From Squalus acanthias (Eukaryota), in NCBI GenBank assembly GCA_030390025.1, contig CM059432.1, forward strand, positions 4,898,001-4,962,000: 64,000 bases of DNA, written 5' to 3'. The translations under genes and the position numbers were made by a program. Shown here in pieces: positions 1 to 12,224 of the stretch. The notes beneath the pieces are model-generated. The model did not search any database and was not told the origin of the DNA. It saw only the letters and a program-made list of their open reading frames with translations. Positions within the stretch are counted from its first letter, which is position 1; the number at the start of each line of letters is the position of its first letter.

Positions 1-63
1 GCTTTTGGCCACTCAGCATCCATGACAAAAAAAAGGCAATTTAACGTTTCAAGTGTAAGCCAT

Positions 64-2257
64 TCATAGATACATAGATACATAGAAGATAGGAGCAGGA
101 GTAGGCCATCCGGCCCTTCGAGCCTGCTCCACCATTTAATGAGATCATGGCTGATCCTCCAATTCAGTATCCCGTCCCCGCCTTCTCTCCGTAACCCTTA
201 ACCCCTTTTGCCTGTAGAAATATATCTAATTCCCTCTTAAATATATTTAATGAGCTGGCGTACACTGCCCTCTGTGGCAATGAGTTCCACAGGTTCACCA
301 CCCTCTGAGTGAAGAAATTCCCCCTCATTTCTGTCCTAAATGGTTTAGCCCTTATCCTTAAATTATGTCCTCTAGTTCTGTTCTCACCCGCCAAGGGAAA
401 CATTCCTTCTGCATCTAGTCTGTCTAGACCTGTCAGAATTTTATACACTTCTATGAGGTCCCCTCTCAATCTTCTAAACTCCAGTGTGTACATCCCTAAA
501 CTACATAGTCTCTCCTCATAGGTCAATCCCGCCATTCCTGGTATCAGCCTGGTGAATCGCCGCTGCACCCCCTCCATGGCAAGAATATCTTTCCTCAGAT
601 GAGGCGACCAAAACTGTACACAGTACTCGAGGTGTGGTCTCACCAGTGCCCTGTACAGCTGCAGCAAGGTATCCCTGTTCCTGTATTCCAACCCTTTTGC
701 TATGAAGGCCAGCATACCGTTTGCCTTCTTGATCGCCTGTTGCACCTGCATGCTCGCCTTCAGTGACTGGTGTACAAGAACACCCAGGTCTCTCTGTACT
801 TCCCCCTCTCCCAATTTATTGCCATTTAAATAATAATTTGCCCTCCCGTTCCTGCACCCAAGGTGGATAACTTCGCACTTGTCCACATTATAGTGCATCT
901 GCCATTTATCCGCCCAATCACCCAGTCTGTCCAAATCGCTCTGGAGCTTCCTGGTCTCCTCCTCTGAGCCCACCCCCCCTCCTAGTTTAGTGTCGTCTGC
1001 AAATTTGGAAATGCTGCATCCGACTCCCTGATCCAGGTCATTAATGTAAATTGTGAACAGCTGGGGACCCAGGACAGATCCCTGTGGTACCCCACTTGTT
1101 ACTGCCTGCCATTCAGAAAATGAGCCGTTTATTCCAACTCTCTGTTTTCTATCTGACAGCCAGTTCTCTATCCACGTCAATACTTTCCCCTTTATCCCAT
1201 GAGCTTCAATTTTCCCTGCTAATCTTTTATGTGGGACCTTATCGAAGGCCTTTTGGAAGTCCAGGTACACCACATCTACTGGCTCTCCCCCATCTATTTT
1301 ACCAGTTACTCCCTCAAAAAATTCCAATAGATTAGTCAAGCACGATTTACCCTTTGTAAATCCATGTTGACTCTGTCCTATCCTGTCCCCATTTGCTAAG
1401 TGCTCCGCTATTTCATCCTTAATGATGGACTCCAGCATTTTGCCCACAACTGATGTAAGGCTTACAGGTCTGTAATTACCTGCTTTTTCCCTACCCCCCT
1501 TTTTGAATAGTGGGGTAACGTTAGCTACCCTCCAATCCATGGGCACTGTTCCCGAGTCTAATGAATTCTGAAAAATCATACTTAGTGCATCCGCTATCTC
1601 TCGGGCCACCTCCTTCAGCACCCTAGGATGCATGTTATCAGGCCCTGGGGATTTGTCCGCCTTCAATCCCTTTAGCTTCCTTAACACCATATCCTTAGAG
1701 ATATTGACTTGCGTCAGTTCCTCCTTTGCAAATGTCCCTATTTTTCCCGATATCCCAGGGAGGTTTTTTGTGTCTTCCTTCGTAAAGACTGACCCAAAGT
1801 ATGCATTTAGTTGGTCTGCCATTTCTTTATTTCCCGTTATATATTCCCCCGTATCTGACTGCAATGGGCCAACTTTGGTTTTCACCAGTCTTTTCCTCTT
1901 GATATACTTATAAAAGCTTTTGGAGTTAGTTTTTATATTTTCCGCCAGCTTGCTTTCGTAAGCTATTTTGCCCCTCTTGATTAAGCCCTTTGTCCTCCTT
2001 TGCTCTATCTTAAACTGTTCCCAATCTTCCGCTCTGGCGCTTTTTTTGGCTATTTTATACGCCCTATCTTTGGATTTTATGCTGTCTCTAATTTCCCCTG
2101 TTATCCACGGTTGAGTCACCTTTTTAGATTTCCTTTTATGCCAGATTGGTATAAACAATTTTTGCAATTTTGTCATTCTATCTTTAAATGCTTGCCATTG
2201 TTTATCTACCTCCAGTCCTCCCAGGAACGTTGTCCAATCAGACCTACTCAGTTCATC
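64..2257 (-). mobile_element. CR1-clade (HER1-like) LINE, 5'-truncated, with uninterrupted RT ORF 164-2176
   Basis: 670-aa ORF with KSPGPD, NYRPVSLTS, YLDFQKAFD, GVPQGSVLGP and FADDTK motifs plus a CR1 C-terminus. A 3' UTR and short-repeat tail lie at 64-163. Confidence 0.95.
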
Positions 2258-2259
2258 AG

Positions 2260-2667
2260 ATCATAGTTCATAGAATCATAGAAAAATTACGACACAGAAG
2301 GAGGCCATTTGGCCCATCGTGTCCATGCTGGTCGGAAAAGGGCTGTCCAGCCTAATCCCACTTTCCAGCTCTTGGCCCGTGGCCCTGTAGGTTCCGGCAC
2401 TTCAAGTGCATATCCAAGTACTTTTTAAATGTGATGAGGGTTTCTGCCTCTACCACCCTTTCAGGCAGTGAGTTCCAGACCCCCACCACCCTCTGGGTGA
2501 AAAAAGTTCTCCTCAACTCCCCTCTAATCCTTCTACCAATTACTTTAAATCTATGCCCCCTGGTTCTTGACCCCTTCTGCTAAGGGAAATAGGTCCTCCC
2601 TGTCCACTCTACCTAGGCCCCTCATAATTTTATACACCTCAATTAAATCTCCCCTCAGCCTCCTCTA
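2260..2667 (-). mobile_element. CR1 LINE 3' fragment (second subfamily)
   Basis: CR1 C-terminal coding remnant, 3' UTR and (ttctatga)n tail; similar to 22718-23020 and 36280-36700. Confidence 0.8.
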
Positions 2668-2967
2668 TTAGAGGGTTAGTTAGATGTTAGATCTCACCTA
2701 CTAGCCCGAATGTCATTTTTAATTGTTAAGTAAAGCTGCTGTGAGAATGGCAACCCGAGCTGCACAAGTGTGGATTATTGCAGCTACAGAGAAACCTGTA
2801 AATTACGGACACCTTGGGGACTGGCATCAGCTGTCTTAAACCCCCCCCTCCCCCCAAAAAAGTGTCCCTATATTCAAAACAGTCATTGTATGTACTATAC
2901 AAATTCTCAGTGGAATGGGGAATCCTTTACCCAGCATCCATAGCAGCAGAGAAACCGCTCTATCCTT

Positions 2968-3630
2968 GGGATAGAGCCTTGCGAGATTTCAATCCCAGGG
3001 ATAGAGCCTGGCGAGATTTCAATCCCAGGGATAGAGCCGTGCGAGATTTCAATCCCAGGGATAGAGCCGTGCGAGATTTCAATCCCAGGGATAGAGCCGT
3101 GCGAGATTTCAATCCCAGGGATAGAGCCGTGCGAGATTTCAAACCCAGGGATAGAGCCGGGCGAGATTTCAATCCCAGGGAAGAGCCGTGCGAGATTTCA
3201 ATCCCTGGGATAGAGCCGGGCGAGATTTCAATCCCAGGGAAGAGCCGTGCGAGATTTCTATCCCTGGGATAGAGCCGGGCGAGATTTCAATCCCTGGGAT
3301 AGAGCCGGGCGAGATTTCAATCCCAGGGATAGAGCCGTGCGAGATTTCAATCCCAGGGATAGAGCCGGGCGAGATTTCAATCCCAGGGATAGAGCCGTGC
3401 GAGATTTCAATCCCTGGGATAGAGCCGGGCGAGATTTCAATCCCAGGGATAGAGCCGGGCGAGATTTCAATCCCTGGGATAGAGCCGGGCGAGATTTCAA
3501 TCCCAGGGATAGAGCCGGGCGAGATTTCAATCCCAGGGATAGAGCCGTGCGAGATTTCAATCCCAGGGATAGAGCCGGGCGAGATTTCAATCCCAGGGAT
3601 AGAGCCGGGCGAGATTTCAATCCCAGGGAT
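2968..3630. repeat. 30-bp minisatellite, about 22 copies (GGGATAGAGCCG[G/T]GCGAGATTTCAATCCC[A/T])
   Basis: Directly visible tandem array. Two units lack one T (GGGAAGAG), which shifts the repetitive ORFs. Confidence 0.97.
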
Positions 3631-3859
3631 ACAGCAGTTTCTCTGCCGCTGGGTAAATAGCTCACCATTCCGCAAAAGCCGCTTCTTCCACCGAGCTGGC
3701 TGCCGCTGCATGCTGACCTGGCACGCACTGACCACGCGAGAATTTGGGAGGGGGGGGGGCGGGTGCAGAAAGGAAGCGAGCTGCAAGGGTAAGCCCCAGA
3801 GAAAGCTGCAGAGACAGCAGCTTTGCAACAGGCTGTGTCCCCGTGTTTTAAGTTGTAAA

Positions 3860-4503
3860 GAAAAAGAAAATCTTGCATTTCTACAGCGCCTTTCATGACC
3901 TCAGGACGTCCCAAATGCTTCACAGCCAATGAAGTACTTTTTCAGGTGTAGTCACTGCTGTAATGTGGGAAATGCGGCAGCCAATTTGAGCACAGCAAGC
4001 TCCCACAAACAGCAATGTGATAATGACCAGATCATCTGTTTTAGTGAGGTTGGTTGAGGGATAAATATTGGCCCCAGGACACCGGGGAGAACTCCCCTGC
4101 TCTTCTTCGAAATAGTGCCGTGGAATCTTTTACGTCCACCTGAGAGCGCAGACGGGGCCTCGGTTTAACGTCACTGAATATATTTAAGAAGGAGATAGAT
4201 AGATTTCTAGACAGAAAAGGAGTCAAGGGGTATGGGGAGAGAGTGGGAATATGGTATTGAGATAGAGGATCAGCCATGATCATATTGAATGGCGGAGCAG
4301 GCTCGAAGGGCCAAATGGCCGACTCCTGCTCCTATTTTTCTATGTTTCATCTGAAAGACGGCACCTCCGACAGCGCGGCGCTCCCTCAGTACTGCACTGG
4401 GAGCGTCAGCCTAGAGTTTTGTGCTCAAGTCCCTGGAGTGGGGACTCGAACCCACAACCCTCTGACTCAGAGGCAAGAGTGCGACCCACTGAGCCACGGC
4501 TGA
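3860..4503 (-). mobile_element. SacSINE1-like (Deu-domain) tRNA-derived SINE, interrupted by a LINE 3' tail (about 4172-4345)
   Basis: The tRNA-like head on the minus strand (gccgtggctcagtgggtcgcactc...ggttcgagtccc) has A/B boxes. The body is shared with copies at 7815, 30995 and 62930. Confidence 0.8.
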
Positions 4504-4817
4504 CACAAAAGGACTTGGCGCATTGAAGGCTGTCCGTAATTCGTAATTTGCGAGTCCCCATGGTTTCAGAGCGACTCTTGTATATTTTAGCATACAAGTT
4601 ATTTGGGTCCCTCAAGAAGTGTCTTGAGGTGTCAGTTTTCTGGGAGATTATACAGGTTTCACTGTACAAACCACAATCATAAATTTCCGGTTACGATTGA
4701 TATTATTTTGCCACTGGAAAACAATGATCGCTCTGGCAGGTATTTCGAAAGCTGCGTGGGAAACTTAATGCTCAAAAAAAAATTTTTTAATGGGTCACGA
4801 TGATAAAGATGACCCAC

Positions 4818-4937
4818 CTGTGCCATTAAGAGTGCTATTCCTTTTCGTGTAGCGGTCTCGAATCAGAATTCCTATTGTTCGCACATTGTCCCTCAACATT
4901 TTGCCTTGTGCTTGCATCATGAAGAGGTAGGTATTTG
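4818..4937 (-). CDS. B4GALT6: Internal coding exon (exon 2 equivalent) of beta-1,4-galactosyltransferase 6
   Basis: Minus strand reads ...gttttcctttcag|CAAATACC...GGCACAG|gtgggt. The exon is 120 nt, phase 1/1, and translates (A)NTYLFMMQAQGKMLRDNVRTIGILIRDRYTKRNSTLNGT(D). From memory, human B4GALT6 reads ANTYLFMVQARGIMLRENVKTIGHMIRLYTNKNSTLNGTD; the NSTLNGT end favours B4GALT6 over B4GALT5. Confidence 0.9.
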
Positions 4938-5282
4938 CTGAAAGGAAAACAGATAGCGTGATTAAATAAGTCACTTGATAATTGGCAAGTCAAACGAATC
5001 ACTGAAAACAATTTTGCAAACAGTTGCCCATAATCTATTGTTGAAAAAAAAATGGTTTCTGATGAGTTTCTGTAATCTGATCTATGCAAAACTGTTAAGA
5101 ACAGAATGTGCTTGCTTTCAAATGTTTTGGGTCGTATTCTGTGCTGTCAAAGCTATATATACTCCAGAGGATTAACAATTACGAACAGCAATGTAACAAC
5201 AGGTTTTTTTTTAAACCCCAGAGTTTGGAACTGTCCCAGAACCCTTGCTTTAGCTGGCCCACCCCAGCTAGGAACTGTCCCA

Positions 5283-5690
5283 GAGCCTGCTTCGCCATTC
5301 AATAAGATCATGGCTGATCTTCAACCTCAACTCCACTTTCCTGCCCGATCTCCATATCCCTCGATTCCCGTAGAGTCCAAAAATCTATTGATCTCAGCCT
5401 TGAATATACTCAAAGACTCAGCATTTACAGCAATTCACAACCCTCTGAAGAAATTTCTCCTCATCTCAGTCTTAAATGACCGGCCCCCTTATCCTGAGAC
5501 TATGCCCTCCCCCTAGTTCTAGACTCTCCAGCCAGGGGGAAACAGCCTCTCAGCATCTACCCGGTCAATCCCCCTTCAGAAACTTATATGTTTCAACGAG
5601 ATCACCTCTCAATTCTTCTAAACTCCAGAGATTATAGGCCCAATCTACTCAATCTCTCCTCATAAGACAACCCTCTCATCCCAGGAACCC
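5283..5690 (-). mobile_element. CR1 LINE 3' fragment
   Basis: Same 3' UTR and C-terminal sequence as the other HER1-like copies. Confidence 0.75.
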
Positions 5691-6080
5691 CAAAAAGCTG
5701 GACCACCCCAGCTGGCACCTATTTTTAAGTAAATTGGCAAAGATTTAAGTTACTGAACAGGCTCGGACAACACCGTCATCCAAAAAAAAAACTTCAAACA
5801 CAGGAAATGATAACCGAAGTGGAGGGAAAGTAACCACAACACCTTAGGGTTCTCTTTGGCCATGAGCAGCTCCAGACTCTGTGCCCTGGGCTCCTCCAGG
5901 TATTGCGTACGGCTGCTTTTTCCAAGTGCATCTCATTTCTACATAAATGTATTTCTAATTACCTTACAAGTGTTTACAGCTCACCATAATTCTGTTCATC
6001 AAATTGAAATAATTTTAGCACCACTTGTTTATTCACAGTCCATCATTATTTTCAGTGTCATGGGGACCTTGAACACACTG

Positions 6081-7024
6081 GGTCTGGCTTTTTGCAGCAG
6101 GCTCAGCGCTCACCGTTATTAAAATGTAAATTGGACAGCACTCGCGCAGTTAAACGCAGAAATCAGGAAGTTGCTGTCCGAGATGCCCTGCTCCTCCAGA
6201 AGCTGCGCTGTAACAGTATCTCGCCGAGAGACTCAGCATTGAAACACATGGAACGGAGTGAAGTTCCTGTACTTGCAGGATAGGTACACACTAAACTCGC
6301 CAGAAAAAGTGAAGGCTTGTCCATTCCAGTGAAAGTACCATTTTTAACGGTGTGATAAGTCTTAACTGCTACCAAACAACCTCTCTGGCACTGAAAATTA
6401 ACTTTTACAAGTGTCTCATTCCTTGAGGTGGCATAGTGGTTAGCACTGGTGCCTCACAGCGCCAGAGACCCGGGTTCGAATCTGACCTCGGGTGACTGTC
6501 TGTGTGGAGTTTGCACATTCTCCCCGTGTCTGCGTGGGTTTCCTCCGGGTGCTCCGGTTTCCTCCCACAGTCCAAAAATGTGTGGGTTAGGTTGATTTGG
6601 CTATGATAAATTGACCCTTAGTGTTAGGGGGGATTAAATATGGGGGGTTATGGGGATAGGATGGGATATGTTAGGGGGAATTAAATACGTGGGGTTACGG
6701 GGGTAGGGTGGGATATGTGTACTGTGGGGATTAAAGCAGGGACAGGGTACTGGATTTGGATGATCAGCCATGATCGTATTGAATGGCGGAGCAGGCTCGA
6801 CGGGCCGAATGGCCTACTCCTGCTCCTAGATCCTAGATTCTATGTTTCTATGAACTTTTAATTATTGTTGAAGATTTAAAAAAATTACGCAGTTGCTTGC
6901 CCTGTTCACACAAGTCCCAGATCCCCTGTAGAGGGCGCTGTGCCAAAGTGGCTCTCATTACAGCAAGTTCCACTGCAAAAGTCCACAGGCAAATGCAAGT
7001 GTAACCAACGGCAAAATCCGGTCC
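6081..7024. mobile_element. Possible Harbinger-like MITE hosting an HE1 SINE
   Basis: Imperfect TIRs ggtctggcttttgc / gcaaaatccggtcc, resembling the ends of 38776-41004. No TSD confirmed. Confidence 0.35.
6427..6853 (+). mobile_element. HE1-type V-SINE (tRNA head, V domain, HER1 LINE-derived tail)
   Basis: Head ggtggcatagtggttagcactgg...ggttcgaatc, V-domain gtgtggagtttgcacattctccccgtgtctgcgtgggtttcctccggg, and a tail of the same type as the LINE 3' UTR. Confidence 0.85.
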
Positions 7025-7814
7025 AATATCTCGTACAAAAGGACAACAACTCTAATAACAGTGTTCCCTGAGTATTGCAGGGGCGTATCAGCCAGGATCT
7101 TGTGCACAAGTCTTGAACCCAAAGCCTGGGCTGGTACAGTATGTTCAGTAAGTCATCGGTTACTAAAAATAAACTTATGAAAGTTACTGCATTTAGTATT
7201 CTTTATTGACTGATCAAAGACACACAAATGTATTTTATACGTTACGTCATGCCAGAATGTGTGTAACTACAACAAAAACTCTCAACTCCACAGGGCCATT
7301 TCCTACATCAATCAGCTTGTACATGGCAGGGTGACATGGATTTAAGGTAACATAGATTTTCTATTCCCATTAGGGAAAAGAAACTTTGAAAGTGTCTTGG
7401 TGGTGTGTATCAGACAGGGTGGCCGGCAAACCTCCTCCCACTGAGGCTATGCTCCTTTGTAACCAGTTACTAAAAAAGGGGTCTAAGAACAGCTAATTAT
7501 TTGCCTTATCCTTTCACTCCTTCATTGGAAGGGAAAGTACCAGACTACGAAACATGCCTGGCTTCTGCTCGACTTCCTAGCTAACATAACCAATACATGA
7601 ACACAAGAAATGTCACAGGTCAAAAAGGCGATTGGCAGAACAAAGCTCAAGTCTCCAGTAAACATTTTGCCTTGGTTACCAACTTCTTACTTTGTTACAA
7701 AACTCATGATCTTCCCTAAAGAGAGTCATAACAGGTGGGGAAAAAAATTAAAGATGGAAAAGGTTAATGAAGTATATGGAAGAAAAACTCAACAAGAATG
7801 TAAAAGAAAGAGAA

Positions 7815-8720
7815 AAAGAAAGACTTGCATTTATACAGCGCCTTTCACAACCACCTGATGTCCCAAAGCTCTTTACAGCCAATAAAGTACTTCTGTAGTG
7901 TAGTCACTGTTGTAATGTAGGAAATGCGACAGCCAAGTTGCACACAGCAAACTCCCACAAACAGCAATGTGATAATGACCAGATAATCTGTTTTTAGTGA
8001 TGTTGGTAGAGGGATAAATATTGGCCAGGACACCAGGGAGGCATTACAGAGAAGGTTCACTAGGTTGATTCCTGGGATGAAGGGGTTGACGTATGACAAA
8101 AGGTTGAGCAGGTTGGGCCTATACTCATTGGAGTTTAGAAGAATGAGAGGTGATCTTATTGAAACATATAAGATTCTGAGGGGAATTGACAGAGTGGATG
8201 CTGAGAGGATGTTTCCCCTAGTGGGGGAATCTAGAGCTAGGGGGCATAGTTTCAGAATAAGGGGTCGCCCACTTAAGACGGAGATGAGGAGGAATTTCTT
8301 CTCTCAGAGGGTCGTGAATCTTTGGAATTCTCTACCCCAGAGAGCTGTGGAGGCGGAGTCATTGAATATATTCAAGGCGGAGATTGACAGACATTTGAAC
8401 TACAAGGGAGTCAAGGGGTATGGGGAGAGAGCGGGAAAGTGGTGTTGAGGACAAGATTGGATCAGCCATGATCTTATTGAATGGAGGAGCAGGCTCGAGG
8501 GGCCGATTGGCCGACTCCTGCTTCTTATGTAACTCCCCTGCTCTTCTTCAAAATAGTGCCATTGGACCTTTTACATCCACCTGAGCGCGCAGACAGGGCC
8601 TTGGTTTAATGGCTCATCCAAAAGACAGCACCTCCGAGAGTGCAGCTCTCCCTCAGTACTGCACTGGGGTGTCAGCCTAGATTTTTGTGCTCAAGTGTCT
8701 GGAGTGGGACTTAAACCCAC

Positions 8721-8751
<31 letters not shown>

Positions 8752-8767
8752 AACTGAACCACAGCTG
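7815..8767 (-). mobile_element. SacSINE1-like SINE with a CR1 3' fragment inserted at about 8040-8530 (+)
   Basis: The SINE body resumes (aactcccctgctcttc) after the LINE tail. ORF 8065-8448 is a CR1 C-terminus. Confidence 0.8.
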
Positions 8768-9209
8768 ACGCATTGAAAAATTGAATCAGAAAACTAAAAA
8801 CAAATGAATAAGTCATTATGGTGCAGTCTTTCATTACAAAAAAAACAGCCCTAACAAGTGGTGACAAAAATGTGTTATTTTGGTGACAGCAGGTGGACCA
8901 AAATAATCACACAGCCTTTTTCTACCTCAATATGTAAGCAATAACAAAAGGTGCACATGTCCTGGGGTATTATCATGCCAGAAGCTGCCATCATAAAATG
9001 CAAATATACATGCAGTTGATTATTGCCATTAAATTTCACATTTTGAATATGTGAATAAAAGAAAATGAACACTGTTTCATAGCCCAGTGTTATCTAAACT
9101 TCACACGTATTGCATCTTGATATAAAATCCTCGTGTTCGTAATGTTATCATACTCAGTAAATTGACGTACTTATCTGTAAGTAACAGTTACTTAGCAGTT
9201 AAGCAACAC

Positions 9210-9625
9210 CTCGATTTTAAAATTCACATCCTTGTATTCAAATCCCTCCATGGCTTCGCCCCTCCCTATCTCTGTAACCTCCTCCAGCCCCACATCCACC
9301 CCGCCCCTCCCCCCGCCCGCAAGATGTCTGCGTTCCTTGAATTCTGGCCTCTTGAGCATTCCTGATTTTAATCGCTCCACCATTGGCGGCCGTGCCTTCA
9401 GCTGCCTAGGCCCTAAGCTCTGGAATTCCCTCCCTAAACCTCTCCGCCTCTCCTTCCTATTTTAAGATGCTCCTTAATACCTACCTCTTTGACCAAGCTT
9501 TTGGTCATCTACCCGAATATCACCTTATGTGGCTTGGTGTCAAATTTTGTTTTAGAACGCTCCTGTGAAGCACCTTGGAATGTTTTACTACGTTAAAGGC
9601 TTCATAAAAATACAAGTTGTTGTTG
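9210..9625 (+). mobile_element. L2-clade LINE 3' fragment
   Basis: FKIHILVFKSLHGFAPPYL and GGRAFSCLGPKLWNSLP motifs are typical of the L2 C-terminus. Confidence 0.75.
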
Positions 9626-9862
9626 CTCTTTGTATAAATAGAACACAATGTGGAGCTCACCATAATTCGCAACTTTGTTGTTTACAAATTATCAAGTTAA
9701 CACAATCTATCTATCCTCTATATGCTGCCTTCATTGGAAGTGGTTATGAGGTTCAACTGATTGCAAAATGTATGTGTGTTTTGCGTGCCCAGTGTTGCAT
9801 CTGTACCACACATTGAGCTTGCATTGCCCAGCAGTTTCAGAACACTAGCATTTCTGCATCTT

Positions 9863-11025
9863 ATAGAATCATTGAATGATACAGCACAGAAGAAAGCCAT
9901 TCGGCCAATCGTGTCTTTGCTGGCTCTTTGAAAGAGCTATCCAATTAGTCTCAATCCCCTGCTCTTCCCCGAGGGTGCTACCACCGGAGCCTCGGTAGCA
10001 CCCTCGCCTCCCGAGTCCGAAGGTTGTGGGTTCAACTCCCACTCCAGAGACTTTCGGATGAGACGTTAAACCGAGGTCCCGTCTGCTCTCTCAGGCGGAC
10101 GTAAAAGATCCCACGGCACTATTTCGAAGAAGCGCAGGGGAGTTATCCCCGGTGTCTTGGCCAATACTTATCCCTCAAATCAACAGTGACTACATTTCAA
10201 AAAGTACTTCATTGGCTGTAAAACGGTTTGGGACGTCCGGTGGTCATGAAAGGTGCAAGTCTTTCTTTCTTTTCATAGCCATGCAAATTTCTCCTTTTCA
10301 AGTATTTATCCAATTCCCTTCTGAAAGTTACTATTGAATCTGCTTCCACCGCCCTTTTCAAGCAGTTCGTTCCAGATCATAACCGACAGCGCAAAACAAT
10401 TCTCTTGATCTCCCCCCTGAATCTTCTGCCAATTATCTTAAACCTGTGTCCTCTGGTTACTGACCCTCCTGCCAGTGGAAACAGTTTCTCCCTATCTACT
10501 TTATCAAAACAACTCATCATTTCTAACAGCTCTATCAAATCTCCCCTTGACCTTCTCTTTTCAAAGAACAATCCCAGATTCTCCAGTCTCTCCACATACT
10601 GAGCTGAAGTCCCTCACCCCCGGTACCACTCTGGTAAACCTCCTCTGCACCCTCTCCAGGGCCTTGACATCGTTCCTGAAGCGCGGTGCCCAGAACTGGA
10701 CACAATACTCCAGCTAAAGCCTAACCAGTGCTTTATAAAGGTTTGCCTTAAATTCTTTGCTTTTGCACTCTATGCCTCTATTTACAAAGCCAAGGATCCC
10801 TTGTGTTTTATTTATAAACAGCCTTGTCAACTTGTCCTGCCACCTTCAAAGATGTGTGTATGTGAACCCCCAGGTTCTGTTCCTGCACCCCCTTTAAAAT
10901 TGTACCGTTTAATGTATATTGCCTCTCCTCATTTTTCCTTCCAAAATGAAACACTTCACTCTTCTCTGCATTAAATTTTATCTGCCATGTTTTTGCCCAT
11001 TTCACCAGTCTATGTCCTCCTGAAG
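9863..11025 (-). mobile_element. Degenerate CR1 fragment with a deleted SacSINE1-like copy (+, about 9970-10270) inserted
   Basis: ORFs 10377-10595 and 10808-11005 are CR1 RT C-terminal pieces. Confidence 0.75.
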
Positions 11026-12224
11026 TCAGAATATTTTCAACATTAAATTCTGGAGATTATTAATATTTATTGATATATTTTTTCAAACAAATATTCTCTG
11101 CCACACAGCAACTAGCAGTTTTTAAAACATGGCAGGAATGTTGCTAGGTTTAGTGTGAACTGTGACAGTATCGTCAAGAACGTGCTATAGAAGAAGCAGA
11201 ATCCCATGCCTGATTGTATTCCTCACTTATGCAAATTGCTGGTGAAAGGCTCCTTAAACCAGTTCTTTTAAGAGTAAAATAATGATGATAAAACCAGGCA
11301 AGTACAGGTCATAATGCTAACTATTCCAGAGGTTTTCTACCTTTTATGCAAGGAAAGCAGATTTTCTACTGTGTAAAGTGTTAATAGTGATTCAAAACAG
11401 CACAACATCCAGCTCATCAAAGGAAACTAGGCTCTACCTCTTGGAATGTGGGGCAGCACTTTAATAAGTCATTAGGAATAGTTCTGTCAAGTATTTGCCA
11501 TTCGAGTCACTGTTTAAGTAGTCCCATTCACCAATCTTTATTATTTTGTTGTCATCTTCCAGGTTAATGAGCGCTTCTGGATTCACAATGTGAGATTTTA
11601 AGGAGAGTGTTTTATTTCCTTATATTTTGAACATGTCCAGTTCTATCTATATTTGTATATTCTGTGATATATCATTACATGAATGTTTTACCAAAGAATA
11701 CATCAAAGTTACATCATATTTGTCTACTATTGACAATTGGGTTGGGGGGGGGGGGCGGGGGGAGGAAGTAATCAAGACCAAGGGGTAAGTAAACACTGGG
11801 ATGTGACAATTAATCAAATACATTTTGAGGAATAAGGATCACTAATTTGAGTAACGCGGTGCAGTACGCCGCTGCACTGTTGGTGAGGCCATATTTCAGA
11901 TGAAACATTAAACCAAGGCTCCATCTGGCCTCTCAGGTGAATGTAAAAGATCCCATGTCACAACCGGAAGAGATGGGGAATTCTTCCGATGGCCTGAAGC
12001 TGAATATTGGTCTGAAATCAAATGAGACCGAGCACAGAGAGCAGGCTGGGAGGATGACGCAAAATCTTAGCCACATCTGGAAAGGTGAAGGGAGCCGGGG
12101 AGAGGAGTCAGGTGTCAGACTGCAACATGGGGAGGAGGTCACATGCTGGGCAGGCAGGTTGGGAATTCGGGCGAAAGGCTGCAACAGGAAACAGGAGCAA
12201 GACCAGCGAGTGGAACTAGATCGA

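Noticed and set aside
309..2266. Plus-strand ORFs opposite the LINE (and similar antisense ORFs elsewhere, e.g. 17889-18719)
   Set aside because: These are shadow frames of LINE coding sequence with no independent evidence.
2968..3630. CRISPR-like array or repetitive protein ORFs (RDFNPRDRAV, IEPGEISIPG)
   Set aside because: The units abut with no unique spacers and the context is eukaryotic. The ORFs are open in several frames only because the 30-bp unit lacks stops.
3667..3718. Possible small minus-strand exon (ccag|GTCAGC...GAATG|gtgagc)
   Set aside because: No similarity to B4GALT6 exon 3, and the donor lies within the fold-back arm.
4420..4503. tRNA genes at SINE heads (also 6427, 8700, 31390, 41505)
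   Set aside because: The A/B boxes run straight into SINE bodies and do not form complete cloverleafs.
8875..9072. Hydrophobic ORF considered as B4GALT6 exon 1
   Set aside because: Only a vague resemblance, with no suitable phase-1 donor and no CpG-rich context.
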